From Octopus sinensis (taxonomy: Eukaryota), in the NCBI RefSeq assembly GCF_006345805.1, contig NC_043016.1, positions 3,224,001-3,288,000 on the forward strand: 64,000 nt of DNA. Reading direction: 5' to 3'. Below are positions 1-13,500 of this stretch, piece by piece. The position numbers and the translations under genes were made by a program. The notes under the pieces were generated by a model, which was given only the letters and a program-made list of their open reading frames with translations, was not told the DNA's origin and made no database searches. Numbering within the stretch: the stretch's first letter is position 1; each line of letters opens with the position of its first letter.

Positions 1-163
1 AATGACTGAAACAAGTAATAGAGTAAAGAGTATATATATATATATATATATATGTGATATATATGTGTGTGTGTGTATGTATATGTATATATGTTTATAT
101 GTATATATATATGTGTGTGTATATGTATGTGTATATGTATATATGTTTATATGTATATACATA

Positions 164-326
164 CGACAATCTTCTTTCAGTTCCCATCTACCAAATCCAC
201 TCTCGAGACCTTGGTCGGACCGAGGCTATAGTAGAAAACACCTGTCCAAGGTGCCACATAGTGGGACTGAACCCGGAGCCATGTGGTTCGCAAGCAAGCT
301 TCTTACCACACATCCACTCCTGCGTC
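164..326 (-). mobile_element. tRNA-type SINE family B (5' half)
   Basis: Reverse complement of GCAGGAGTGG.TGTGTGGTAAGAAGCTTGC...GGTTCAGTCCC head; homologous copies at 32626, 36714, 41815 and 47520. Confidence 0.8.
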
Positions 327-396
327 TATATATAGTATATGATGACTATATATAGTGTATATAATGCGTCTATATAGTATATAATGACTAACTCAT

Positions 397-892
397 ACAT
401 TTCCACAATTCTCAACTGATTTTCACCAAACTTTACACACACATTACTTATGCCCAGAGGATGGTTATGCACTATAACATGTTGCCCAGCGCTCCCGCGT
501 AAATATACCTAAATGGACATAGTTGTTTGTATGTAGGGGTCTTCAATATTTTTTAAATCTTTTTATAAATGTGAAAGGATTTTGTCTATTTATCTATTTC
601 CACTGTCCACCAGTGACTATGATTAAATTGACTAGAAATACTGAACGCATATATTTCCACAATTCTCAACCAATTCTCCAAACTTTACGCACACATATTA
701 TTTATGGCCCAAAGATGGTCATACTCTAAACATTCTGCCCAGAGCTCCCGCGTAAATGGACCTAAATAGACATAATTTGTTGTGTGTGTAGTGTCTTACG
801 TACTTTTTTAAATCTTTTTATAAAAGTGAAAGTATTTTGTCTATTTATTTCGACTGTCCATCTCTCAACAGTGATTAAATTGACTAGGAACA
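397..892. repeat. Two diverged tandem copies of a ~250 bp unit
   Basis: ttccacaattctcaac...ccaaactttac.cacac...gctcccgcgtaaat...gattaaattgactag occurs at ~400-640 and ~655-890. Confidence 0.8.
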
Positions 893-1690
893 CAGTCTGT
901 GATGAATATCCAATACCAAACAATCACAATCTCCATATTTAAACCACATCAAGCTTTGGCATGTTTACCTTTACCTATTCTGAGTTACTTGAAAGGTGAT
1001 GTTCCATTACCTCTCTTCTATTTGTTGATACCTTTGTTTACTTACCAATGCTAAATTTCACTTTAAAGATGCATATTTACCCATCTATTATGATATTTAG
1101 ACTGTTGTCCATTGTTTTAAATGCATTTTAGCATTGTCATTCTAGCCTTCTTTAAACAAGCACATATTGATTCGACCCAGAGAATCTACCTTTAAATAAA
1201 AGTTTTTCTTCCACTAGCGAAAGCTATACGTATCTTTCAAAAATCACCATACCAATTTAACTTTATGCAGCATTCGCTGTTAGTTTATGCGCAGGCTATG
1301 TGGGAAGATAGAATAAAGAGGCATTTGTTAGCTTAGCTCTCCGAAAAATAGCTCTCTTTGCTGTTGAAAAAGATAAACTTGTGGAGGGGAAGTTTCAACG
1401 TTTTCCTTGAACTTCATTAAACCATTTATGTGGATGTTTCTGACAATTTTGCTTTCATGTAAAACAACTATATTTTGTAGCCATTATCCGTAATCCACTC
1501 CCATTTCGAATTTAGATGCTCTCTCATTATTAAAGTGCAACGACCTCCACAATAACCAGACATCAATTTGATTTTCCGTTCCTAGGTTAATCAGAAACAT
1601 TGATTGCCTTGCTGCTCAGTACTGCAATTATTATTTACTGGAAAAAAATACCAGCAATTTAAACGCGTGCATTTGCCAGTATACATACAT

Positions 1691-1727
<37 letters not shown>

Positions 1728-1741
1728 CAAATATATATATA

Positions 1742-3045
1742 CTAGCAGAATTGCCCGGCGATGCTCGGGCTGAATTGCTTGAAAGTACTGTTAATGATTG
1801 CACTGAATTATGATGATTATTCAGGCAAATATTGATATAAGTTTACGGCGGGAGATGAGGACTTAACGATGAAACGTGTGCCATTGCATTGTTTTGGGGG
1901 AACCAAATTTCTAATGAGCAGTATAGGGGCACCAACTTTAAGTTTGAGAATGTGATGTGGTAGTGGGGGTGCTCAAAGAATTGAGTACCTCTATTGGATA
2001 GTTGATGACGTCCTCTGGGTCAGGAGTGTATCGATAGACTTATATACACAGACTTCCCCAGGAATGAGTTTTAGCATTTCATCATTAATATGGTGAACAG
2101 TTTTTATTCCTCGGGGCCAGAATAGCCCTTTGGCCAATCCAATCCATATTCTGATAATTAGCTTGTAGATCTGGGAACACTGCATCTCTGAGATCAGAAG
2201 GCGTTTTGACAATGGTACAAATGGAATCGATGGCAATATTACCATTTTCATCCCCTGGTATTTTGCCTTCGCCAAGTGCAAGGAGGGTGTGAGAAAATGC
2301 TGCTGATGTGATATTACGTCATATATGAGCACGCATATTGGTGTGAAGTTTGAGAGTCTACACCAGTGGCCACAATGTGGATGACTTAAGACACGCACTT
2401 ACTGCATCAGCTCTAGTCCCTTTGGGAATAACGGGAAGTGTTTGTCGGAAGTCCCCTGAAAGAAGAAGTGTTATGCCTCCCATGGGAGCTGAAGAGTGTT
2501 TGATGTCTCTGAGAGATCTATCTAGTACCTCAAGAGCACGTCTGTGGGCCATCGTGCATTCATCCCAAACGATAAGCTGCATCGTCTGAAGACTTCTGTC
2601 TGATCGGAGCTGTTACTGATGTTGCAAGTTGGTATCTCAGTCTTCGCTAAGTCAAGCGGAGCTTAAAAGTGGAGTGAGCTGTCCTGCCGCCTGGCAACAA
2701 AGTAGGCGCAATTCCAGATGATGCCACAGCTGGCAATGCCTGTGTTCGCCTAATCTCAGCCAATATAATTTGTGAGAAAAGTTTTCCCAGTGCCCCCAGG
2801 AGCGTCCAGGAAAAAAATCCTCCCAGTTTTGGCCCGGACTGAATTAACAACGGAGTTGTAAGCGAACTTGTGTTCTAGAAAGAGCTTTGGCTCATTGTCG
2901 GCTATGTACTCGGAAAGCTCATCAACATTAAAACATGTCTCACGCAGAAAATGTGAAGACAGAGTGTTTGTTGAAGGTAGGCCATAGACCGGCAAGGCAC
3001 TACCGCCCATATCAATTACAGTATCTTCAAACGTAGTTTGTTACC
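1742..3045 (-). mobile_element. Helitron remnant: frameshifted Pif1-family helicase plus canonical 3' end
   Basis: Motifs DAPGGTGKT, VASSGIAPTLLPGGRTAHSTFKL, IVWDE, GDFRQTLPV and LKVGAPILLIRNL...CNGTR. Terminus on the minus strand is GCCCG-8nt-CGGGC hairpin, 7 nt, CTAG, then T. Confidence 0.92.
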
Positions 3046-3561
3046 ACGCAGCCACACCTGTCCCTATGTATGTGTGAGTGTGTTTGTGTGCGTCTGTGTG
3101 TATGGGTAGATATATTATGCATGTATATATGTGTATATATATATGTGTAAAGACGGTGAAAATATTGTCAATTTCCCCAAACAGGGACACAATTCAATTT
3201 TGAAACAATAACCAAAGCCCCTTCTCCGAAAGGGGGAGGGTTACGGTTTACAATTATTTAACAAATGCAACACAACAACGTTTCCCTGGCGAGGAACCAA
3301 CAAACGTGATTACAATAGTCAAACAGTAATAATACTAACAACAAACTTTTTAATTATCCCCATTTATGTGAAACCACTTATTCAAGTACAAGTCATTGAT
3401 GCAATTTTATACGAATTGCTAATACACACACACATAATAAGGGTGAAAAATTGAATATTAATTTGATTAATATGAATTGAAAGCCAGTGGTGTAGCATAT
3501 AAGACCATAGCGGATCTTCTTCTAGCAAAAAGGATGACCAGTATGAATGGCTCATCCCTGT

Positions 3562-3600
<39 letters not shown>

Positions 3601-4297
3601 CGCACGCACACACACAGACACACACACGTTAGCTTACAATTTTCTTTCAACAATTGACACTGTCATATATGTATATGTTTGCGTGTCTATGTGAGTAAAG
3701 AGGAAGTGGGAGTAATAGGCAGAGTAAAGCCTTTGAAGGGAGAGAGGAAAATCGTAAAATATTGAGTTTTCTCGAATTTTTGCTTAATTGGGGGTCAAAT
3801 TGAAAGAAATTTGTATGCCATGACCGAATGGAATGTACTTGGAAAAATCATAGGTAAACTCTAATTGAAGAAATTGTGTGAGGAGTAAATCGTTATGTAT
3901 TTATTTGTTTCTGTTTGCTGTGTATCTTTTTGAGTAGTGGTTTAAGGTACACTTGCAAAGAGAAAGTAGGAGAAATTAGGGTGATAGCATGAGTGGAGCA
4001 GTTGAAATTTGCTCTGTATTTTTTTGAGATATAAATACTTTCACTTTAATTGTTGCACACTTGCAAAGAGAAAGGAGGAGAAAGTGTAGTGGTAATGGAA
4101 GGAGTGAAGCACTTGAAATGGAAGAGGGAAATCGTAAAATATTGAGTTTTCTCGAATTTTTGCTTAATTGGGGGATAAAATTGATGACCCTTGGAAAAAT
4201 CATAGGTAAATTCCAATTGAAGAAATTCTATATTGTACAATTGTATAAAAAACGAACGGTTTGGGAGGCAGAGAAAATCTGCCTTTTATCATAAGAG

Positions 4298-4332
<35 letters not shown>

Positions 4333-4362
4333 TGTATGTATGTATGCACGTATGTACGTATG

Positions 4363-4428
<66 letters not shown>

Positions 4429-4629
4429 ATACACATACATATATGTACGTGTGTATATTTAAATATAAAGGATTGGAGTAGATAAAATCCAGGTTACATG
4501 TTTTGTAGCTAGCAGAACTCTGTAAATAGTAAATTATCCAAACGAGGATAGACCTTGATTATATGAAGTTTGCATTGTCGTTTATACAATTCTGAGATTG
4601 TTCCAGTTGCATTAGGCAGGAAATTGTTC

Positions 4630-4790
4630 GTATATTATGAACTCTGCCCACCAGAGCCAAAGCCGCTTACATACAGAATGAGATCACGCGCATAAGAGAT
4701 ATGTAGTGAAGTAACCGACAAATCTATCAACATCAAGCGGTTCCTCAGGAACTTAGTGTACAATGGCTATCAGCCATCTGCTGCTAAATG
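4630..4790 (+). mobile_element. Penelope-like RT thumb fragment
   Basis: LPTRAKAAYIQNEITRIRD followed, after a frameshift, by KRFLRNLVYNGYQP; fits the PLE K...I..E..R...L..NGYP pattern. Confidence 0.45.
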
Positions 4791-4814
4791 ACTGCATACG
4801 CAAAGCACGAAATC

Positions 4815-5312
4815 GGGTAAACAACGAAACATCCGCGTAAGGTGTTGTTGTCTGTTTGATGGGATATGAAAGATTTAGTCCACTTTGAACTTTTAAGCTC
4901 AAACCAAACGACAACAAAGGAGAACAAAGGGGAGCTGCTCTGCGAGCAACTTGATGGACTTAGGTCAGCGCTAGAAGAAAAGTGACCATCTTTGGTTTCA
5001 AGCTTGAATGAGAAACGAAAACGTACCCACAAAATTCACTGGACATGGCCCCATCTGATTATCATTTATTCTGCAGTTTTCAAAATCTTTTACATGATAT
5101 AAAAATGAATTCTGTAGACGAGGTCAAAATAGTACTGGAGGAGTAAATTTTGGAAAAGGGGCCTTGCAAATCTACCAGATAGATGGAAGAGCATTGTAGA
5201 AAATGAAGGAGAGCATATTTTAGATTAAAAAATAACTTTGTTTATATTCATTTTGAAAAATATAACAAGTATAAAACAACTGCATTATTTATGGGATGAT
5301 CCCCGATATATG
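4815..5312 (+). mobile_element. Mariner transposon, 3' remnant with right TIR
   Basis: HPRKVLLSV*WDMK..VHFELL, S.DMAPSDYHLF, LANLPDRWKSIVENEGEHILD*. TIR-like aactgcattattttatgggatga matches 30946-30971. Confidence 0.88.
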
Positions 5313-5466
5313 ATTATATTTGTCTCTGTCTATATCCCATCTCTCTTTCCCTCTCAATTTCTATCTATCTATTTTTCTTTCCCTCTTATATCTATATATA
5401 GAAATTTGCATATGTGTATTTGTATGTGTGTGTGAGTGCGTGTGTGTGTATGTGTATGAGTGTGTA

Positions 5467-5497
<31 letters not shown>

Positions 5498-5681
5498 TGT
5501 GTGTGTGTGTGTGTGTGAGTGTACATACATACTGGTAATATTTTCCCGTCTTATGCGGGTAAAATACCCAATTTTTCACTGCTAAATTCACAGAATACTA
5601 CGTATGAAATTTACTTTCTTGCCTGTAGATACGCATCCAAAGTTTGCTTTCATATATATATATATTATATATATATACATT

Positions 5682-5755
<74 letters not shown>

Positions 5756-5810
5756 CATATGTATTTATATATGTATATATATATGTGTGTATACACATAT
5801 ATGTGTTTAT

Positions 5811-5879
<69 letters not shown>

Positions 5880-6463
5880 GATGTATATATGTATGTATGT
5901 ATGTTTGCGTGTGTATATGTGTGTGTGTATGTATATGTATAGGCATGCTTGCATATTTGTGTATATGCATAAGTATGTACACACAATTTGAAAAGTATAT
6001 TGACCTTATTGTGGGCGATACTGGTAAACAGGGAATTATAAATCACTTCTAAAAATAAACAACATGTTTACTTCGCAGCAATCTTTTACTGTGTTGTTTG
6101 AATAGATCGATTTTTACATTAAAATATCTATTATTAAATGAACATCAGATTGCTTATCTACATATTGTTTACTGAAGTTATAGCTAGTTACAGTCTAAGG
6201 AAAATCACATAGAAATATATTTGAGACACTATTTTACACCGTCAATTATGTAACTAATAATTCTGATTTTCTTTTACGCTAATTCAAATTTAACATATAC
6301 GAGACTACCCCTGACTTATTGGGTCACCGGGAAACTGAGTTTCTCAGCAACGGAGTTTTGTTTCGTGGAGATTTTTCTCTTCTATTCTTGGTTATTTCGC
6401 ATCAATTCAACAAATGTGACATCGAAATCACGGCGGCTCCTCTCTACAGAAAAAGGGAAAATG

Positions 6464-6568
6464 TGGCTGCTATTTTTTGCACGCCCTGCTACCAAGTAAC
6501 AACTATTTTGGGTCCTTTATTGCAAATAGCTGTTACGTGGTAGCAGGGCGTTCTAGAAAAAGCAGCCA
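6464..6568. other. Long imperfect hairpin (~44 bp stem, 15 nt loop)
   Basis: 6481-6494 pairs with 6538-6551 (14/14), 6496-6508 with 6524-6536 (12/13), plus basal TGGCTGCT/AGCAGCCA. Confidence 0.8.
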
Positions 6569-7424
6569 AATCTTTGGAGGTGAGATACATAGAATGCACT
6601 CGAAGAAACTACTCACACTGGGGTTACGAACGGGTCTCTTACGAAATATTTAATGTATTTTAAAATCATTTTTACTTGAGAATATTTTTTAGATAAGCCA
6701 TAAAATGTTTTGTAATAGTACTCACTTGAAAATAATTTAAACGACATTAAATATTTTCTGTTTTAAGAAAGCTGAAATATAAATACTAACTATACAAACA
6801 ACTTACATTTTTGAAATCACATTCACTTTAAAATATTTTTAAATGATTAAAATATTGTGTTTAAAGAAAGTGAAAATAGAGACATTTACTGTAAAAAACA
6901 AATCGTATTTTTCGTCGTCAACTCACTGTCTAAAAGAAAAATAAGATTTTCTTCCTTTTCAGGATGAAGATTATTTTCGGAACATTTTTCAATTATGCAC
7001 CGTTCTGTGTATTTATACCTCAAAAATCACTAATATATCGAAAAATCACTTTACCGAATTACGCGAAACTTGTTTCATTCCGTTCGTATTAACATTTCAG
7101 AGTAAACTTAATTTACAGTATTTTCCCATTATGCAACAGTTTGGTGGAGTAACATTGCAAGCAAGTAAGCAAGATTCAAAATGACTTTTAATGTATTATA
7201 AATGTTGGCCATGTGTCTAAATAATTAGCCTAGATAATTGAATGTATTACTATTATAATAGTAATAATCATTTCTGTTTTAGGCACAAAGCCAATAATTT
7301 TACGTGAACAGGGTTAATCAACACCATCAACCGCAATATTTGACGGGGATGAAAGGTCAAATTGATTTCGGTGAAGCGAAATCGAGCAGGAGAAGAAAAT
7401 TAATTTTACAGATTTAACAGATGT

Positions 7425-7800
7425 TTAAGAAAATGCCGACTTGGACAGCGTCCGAACCAGATGATGTTCAGTGATTCTGGTTCAAAAATCTCTTGACTTT
7501 ATATAACAGCTTCTTTTGGCCATATGGAAATGGTATATCAACATGGATGACAAAGGAAACGACAGAACCGATAATGAAGAACAAAGAAAAGAGAAGGGAA
7601 GCTAATAATTACCGACCTATTACTTGCTTATCGTTACCCTAGAAATTGTCAGCTGATAAAGCGTGTAGCTTCCTGGAGAAGGAGATTCCATTGCAAGAAG
7701 GACAAAATGAAAGTAGAAAGAAGCCAATGAGACTGCTGATCTGATGCAATATAATTTGGTAATAGAATGGTTACCAACAAATCAAAAAGAAAAAGAACCT
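7425..7800 (+). mobile_element. R4/Dong-like non-LTR RT fragment
   Basis: KKMPTWTASEPDDVQ*FWFK...WMTKETT...EANNYRPITCL resembles the WKAPGPDGVQGFW...WMT.G.T...NYRPITCL pattern. Confidence 0.55.
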
Positions 7801-8129
7801 AGCCATAAGGGATGAAGAGGTTGCAGGAAGCAATATGCCATTCATTACTGCGGTGGTAATCGGTACATGTTCAGAAGTGTGTAAAATATTCCCACATATT
7901 TCTTGATTATTTTCAAGTGTTATTACTACAAATAAATTCTAGTTTTGATTTTGCTTCGTCTGGGGACATAAGATAAAGAGCTACGTAGCCAGTTGAGCGG
8001 GGTCTTTATCCATGATAAACTTCTCCCCCCCCCCGTGACCTCAATGAGCGCGTAGTTTGTGATAAATTCATATGGGATGATGTGGTCTGCTTTTTAAAAT
8101 GCTGTGTTTGAATCGTCTTGTGAACTACT

Positions 8130-10090
8130 TTGGTATGTTAAGAGGATGTATAAAGTTTGGTTCGACTCAAATGATCCAAACATCTCTCCTCTTCAGAACA
8201 ATATGACAAGTGTCATTGTCAATGGATGTGAAACAAAAATAATCCCACAAAGCGCAACGAGCTTTAAAAAGGCATAAATACATGCCAATCCCAACTGAGG
8301 CAAATGAAACAGACATAGTGGTGAAAAAAGAAACAAGAGTTGCAAGATGCTGAGGGCAGATGTGACTCTATCAGAATTTGAACGGTGTTTTTGGACCTGT
8401 TTCTGATGTCTTAACTCCCATGCTTTCAATAAAAGGTAATCTTTTAACAGACAAAAGTAAGATAGCAAAACGCTGGGTAGAGCATTTCTCAAATGTTCTG
8501 AATATGGGCTCAGTTGTTGATGAATAACCGATCAACAACCTACCACAGAGGCCTGTCCTTGAAGAACTGTCAGTTGCTCCATCAGATGCTGAGATAACAA
8601 AACAAAAAGGCCATACAGCAACACATGAATGGAACGATGATATTCCATCCGAGATATACAAATGTGTTAGCAATCTCTTGCTGAAAAAATTATGTGAACT
8701 CTTCTCCATAGTCTTGGAATCAGGATCATTCCAACAAGAGTCGAAAGACGCTTCTATTGTCCATCATTATAAGCGCATTTGTAACAAATGTGAACGTGAA
8801 TGTAACAACCGCAGAGTTATCGCCCTTGGACGGGTTATCTTGAACCGACTTAATGTTACCCTTATCAGCTTAGTGTTGCTTAGAATCTTAGTGTGGCTTT
8901 TGGGCTGGTGCAGGCACAGTGGATATAATTTTCAGCTTGAGTCAACTGCAGGAAAAGGCTCGTCAGTACAACCTAGACCTTTTTGTCACTTTTTTAGATC
9001 TAATTAAAGCTTTCGACACCATATCTAGGGATGCACTTTGGACACTTTGGATTGTCCTTAGAAAGTTTGTTGTTCTCGCAAGGATAGCCAATGTCATCAT
9101 TTCTTTCCATCAAGGGATGATGGTTCCTGATACACCTAGATGGGTAGTGTCCAATTCATTCACAGTCTCCAATGGGGAAAACGAGGTTAAGTTCTTGCAC
9201 CGCTCTTATTTGTTTTATACTTCCCCGCCATGTTAGAAACAGCGTTCGAGAGTGTTAAAGAAAGAATAAGGTTTGAGTACAGACGAAATTTTAGCGTTTG
9301 GTGCAAAAATTCGAGATCTGTTCGTCGCAGGCGATTGTATAGTTGTAGCAAACACTCTTGAGGATATGCAATGGCTTCTAAACAATTTCTTGCATGCATC
9401 AACCTATTTTCCATCAACCGATTCGTGACCATACTCCTGCTGTTGCCCCTACTATGTATGGTGATTAAAACCATTAAAACTCTTTCTTATTTCACTTATC
9501 TTATTTTCATTGATGCTAAGTTGGATAATAATGCTAAGTTGGATAAAGAAATTGAGTCCAGAATCGGGAGGGCTAGTCCCTCTTTCGGTAATATTTACCC
9601 ATAGGTCTTGGAACAGACACGATATATCGTTGAAAGTCAAAGCCGATGTATAGAAGTCGGTGATTTTGACATCATTGCTTTATGGTGTTGATCTTTGAAC
9701 CGTGTACCGAAAGCAATTAGCGTGACGCTTTTCATATGCAATGCTAGCGTACTATCTCCAACATAAAACCGAGCGACAATATTCGTAACATTGAGGTGTT
9801 AACAAAATGCAAAATATCAGGTATTGAAGCGATTCTCATCAAGATACTGCTTAGATGGTTGGATCATCTCCTACATATGAGTGATTTCAGAATTTCGAAG
9901 CAACTTCTCTTGGGCCAATTACCAACAGGAAGGTCAGTTGGAAGGCCATTCTTGTGCTTCAAAGACAAACTAAAAGACAATCTGAAGTGATGCACTATTC
10001 CCTTTTCTTCCTGGAAAAACAAATCATCAGAACGCAGGACTTGGCGCTAGTCTTGCTTTTCTTCAGTTCAAAGTTTTTGCAATATCGACT
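8130..10090 (+). mobile_element. RTE-clade LINE, decayed RT region
   Basis: FQQESKDASIVHHYK, DIIFSLSQLQEKARQYNLDLFVTFLDLIKAFDTISR, LRWLDHLLHMSDFRISKQLL; multiple stops and frameshifts. Confidence 0.88.
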
Positions 10091-10410
10091 CCATCGTCAC
10101 GACTAACATCATGCAAGCAAGAAGGCATGCTTGAAAAACTATGCTCCTCTAAATGAAAACCTTACTTGTCATTGTGGTTTTGTGGTACGGAGTAAAGTAG
10201 GCTTTGCTGTTCACTAACAACAAAACACCTATTAAATGATCCCCAAGCACTCCAGCAAACTGAGGTTTCAACTTGTTCTGTTTGCTAAACGATTTGCAAG
10301 GCACCAGCAAGCCTCAAAAGACATATGCTCTGCGTATCCATAGAACATGATTACCGCTTTATATTACGGAACATTTGTTGTTCACAACGAGAGAATCCGT
10401 TATATATACG

Positions 10411-10467
<57 letters not shown>

Positions 10468-10599
10468 ACATACATACATATATATATACACATACAAACA
10501 TGCATACATACATACATAAATACATACATACATACATACATACATGCATACATACATGCATACATACATACACATATACATACATACTTACATACATAC

Positions 10600-13500
10600 C
10601 TACACCTTAGAAACACCATGGCGTCTGATGTTGCTTTTTAAGGGCACTCACAAAGATTGCATATCCGATTTGCACAACTAGGAGCTGCACTTAAGTTCTG
10701 ATCTTTGTGGATCTTGAAATATCTCTTGAGGTTTACTTTAGATTTGCAGACCTTATGGCATACACGGCATTGAAATATGTGCACAATTACACAGACAGGG
10801 TAATAGGTGGAGGTAAATTTTTCATGGATCCGCAAATGAGGTTTGAGCCCAGCAATAAAAGGGCATGGTCTGTCAGAAGCTGCATACAAAACCTTTATTG
10901 TGATTCACCTTCTCGATCGCAACATTCTTCTTGAAATCCCTTTTGAGCCTAGCATGTGTTATCCTGGCCTCCTCTTACGCTTTCACTCTACTCCACAGTT
11001 TTGTTCGCTATCCAGCTCGATCCGAAACAAGGGTTTCTATGGCCTTTGGATCTATTCCAAGTAACTTCATGGTAGTCCTTATACGGTCCTTAAACCTCTT
11101 TTCAAGTTTACACCGATTGCATTTTCCCTCTGCAAACTTGCCATAACGCAGCTGTTTCGGTATGCGTTCATCCGTCATTCGAAAAATATGGTCAGACCAT
11201 CTCATTTGCCTTTTCTTTTTTCAAATCATTGATATAATTGAAGTAATGCCTGCAGACACAAAAGCATCTGTGTCTGAAGTAAAAACAAAAGCCCCATCTG
11301 GTGTTTAAAATGCGGCGAAGGCATTTTTGGCGGAACAGTTAAAACAATTTGAAATGTCTTTCATAACACGTCCATGTTTCAGAAGAATACAAGGACGGTA
11401 AGACAAACTATGTGTTATTATTTATATGACGTTGGCCCCAAATGCGGGACTCCATAGACCAAATGTTTGTGTTGTCCTTTGAATTCGCATATGTATTTCG
11501 GTGTCCAGATTTTGCACAGAGCTTCCAAGGTAGATGAAACAGTCAACAACCCAAGTAACTTACCCCTAACGAAAAATTTAGCGCAGGTCGACAAATCGTA
11601 ACTGTTTTTTCAAGTTGACGGTCAAGTCAAAATCATCACAAACTGAGTCAAACGCAAATACAAGAGATTGCAGGTATGTTTCAGAATGATTGACTAGATT
11701 GCAGTCTGAGTGAGGTAAAAACCTTTGTTTTGAATTTCAGTCTGGTCAGATTAAAAACATTCCCTATTGTTCGATAGTTTGTGTAAATACGCTTCGCGGA
11801 GTTTTGAAAGGCGTGTGACAGAACAACAGCGAAGTATATTGCAAAGAGGATGGGTGTATCAAGGTCTCCCTGATCTACTCCATTTTCCACGGCAAACGAT
11901 TCAGGGAGCCTATCACCAAAATTAACTCTAGCTTTCATATCTTGATGCAAAGCCCTGATCCTGTTACCAAATTTTTCTGGGCAACCTATTTTCTTTAGAA
12001 TTAGCCACAGAACATTTCGATCAGCAAAGATTCTTATTGGTCAAGATTCTTCTCAAGTTCGTGCAATTGTGTAATAGTAAACATACAATCAACTGTGCCC
12101 TGGAGGAACGAAAACTACGTTGAGATTTGTTTAGATCTAGGAAAGTATTTAAATTTCTAACAGAATGCGACCAATTACCTTTCCAACTACAGACAGAAGC
12201 GAAATCCTACGAAAATTGCCACAAAGATCCTTTCGTCTCGATTTATTGCAGGAGACTAAAATAGCATCATTCCAGTCGTAAGGCTCTTCCACAGTTCTCC
12301 GGCCTTCGATTTTTTTATCATCCTTATGTTAAGATGCAGGAAAATGTTCTCCCCATCGCTTATGAATAGAAGTGGTGACAGTCAAAACCAAATGTCTATT
12401 CGCTGTTCTCACTGGAGCTATTGAAGACGATTTTGGCCATATACCTCCTTAACATCAGAGTACAAACACTTGGCATCATTTTAATCAGCTGCTTCTTGCG
12501 CCCATTTTGCTCTGTCATTCCACCATTCCTACATAATTTTCCTTAGAGCAGACTACACTTTCCCTTTCAACTTCCTGTAAGCTTCGTTTGAGTTGGGGTT
12601 CAAAGACAAAAAGAAGTGTATTGCCTAAGTTTTATTTTTCTAAAAGTAGATCATGAATTGCTGGTGATTTGTCTGAAAACCAGTCTCTAGACTTACGTGG
12701 TTTAAATCCCACTGACGAACTAGCAGCCTGAAATACTTTTGTTTTGAAATCTTCCCATAAATTGTTTGGATCAAGATTGATACTTTCTATAGCATCATGG
12801 AATCTTTGCATGTTGTTTTGTAATTTAAAGTTTACAACATTTTACTTTTGGGACCAGACTGTCGACTTTTAGGTATCATTGAAATAAAACCTAGAAGAAA
12901 TTCCAGACACCCAGCTGAACACTTAACATACACTGACTTTGCTGACGACATTGCTCTTATCAGTGATTTTCTCTCCAATGCCCAGTCTCTTTTACAATCT
13001 CTTGAACAAGCCTCAAATTGTGTAGGTCTTTACCTCAATGAGTCCAAGACTGAATATGTAAACAAGTGCCTGTCCAACAGTGATTTCATCATCCATACTC
13101 TCAACAATACACTCTTAAATATGGTTTCTGATTACAAATATCTTGGGTCATACATATCATCATCTGAAAAGGATTTTCTAACTAGAAAGGGTATGGCCTA
13201 GTCAGCCTGTAATGACATGCATAAGATCTGGTCATCAAATCTAAGTATAGATTTCAAACTTAAAATCTTCAAAACCACAGTCGAACCAATTCTGCTATAT
13301 GACTCAGAAACCTGGACGTTATCAAAGAAGCTTGAGAGGCGGTTGGATGGAACTTACTCTCGCCTCCTTATGAGAGCTCCAAATCTCTCGTGGAAGCGTC
13401 ATTCAACCAAAGTACAAATATATGGGAAACTACCAACTGTATCATCTCCTGTGAAAGGTAGAAGAGTCCAGTTTGCTGGACATTGTTGTAGAGCTGAAAA

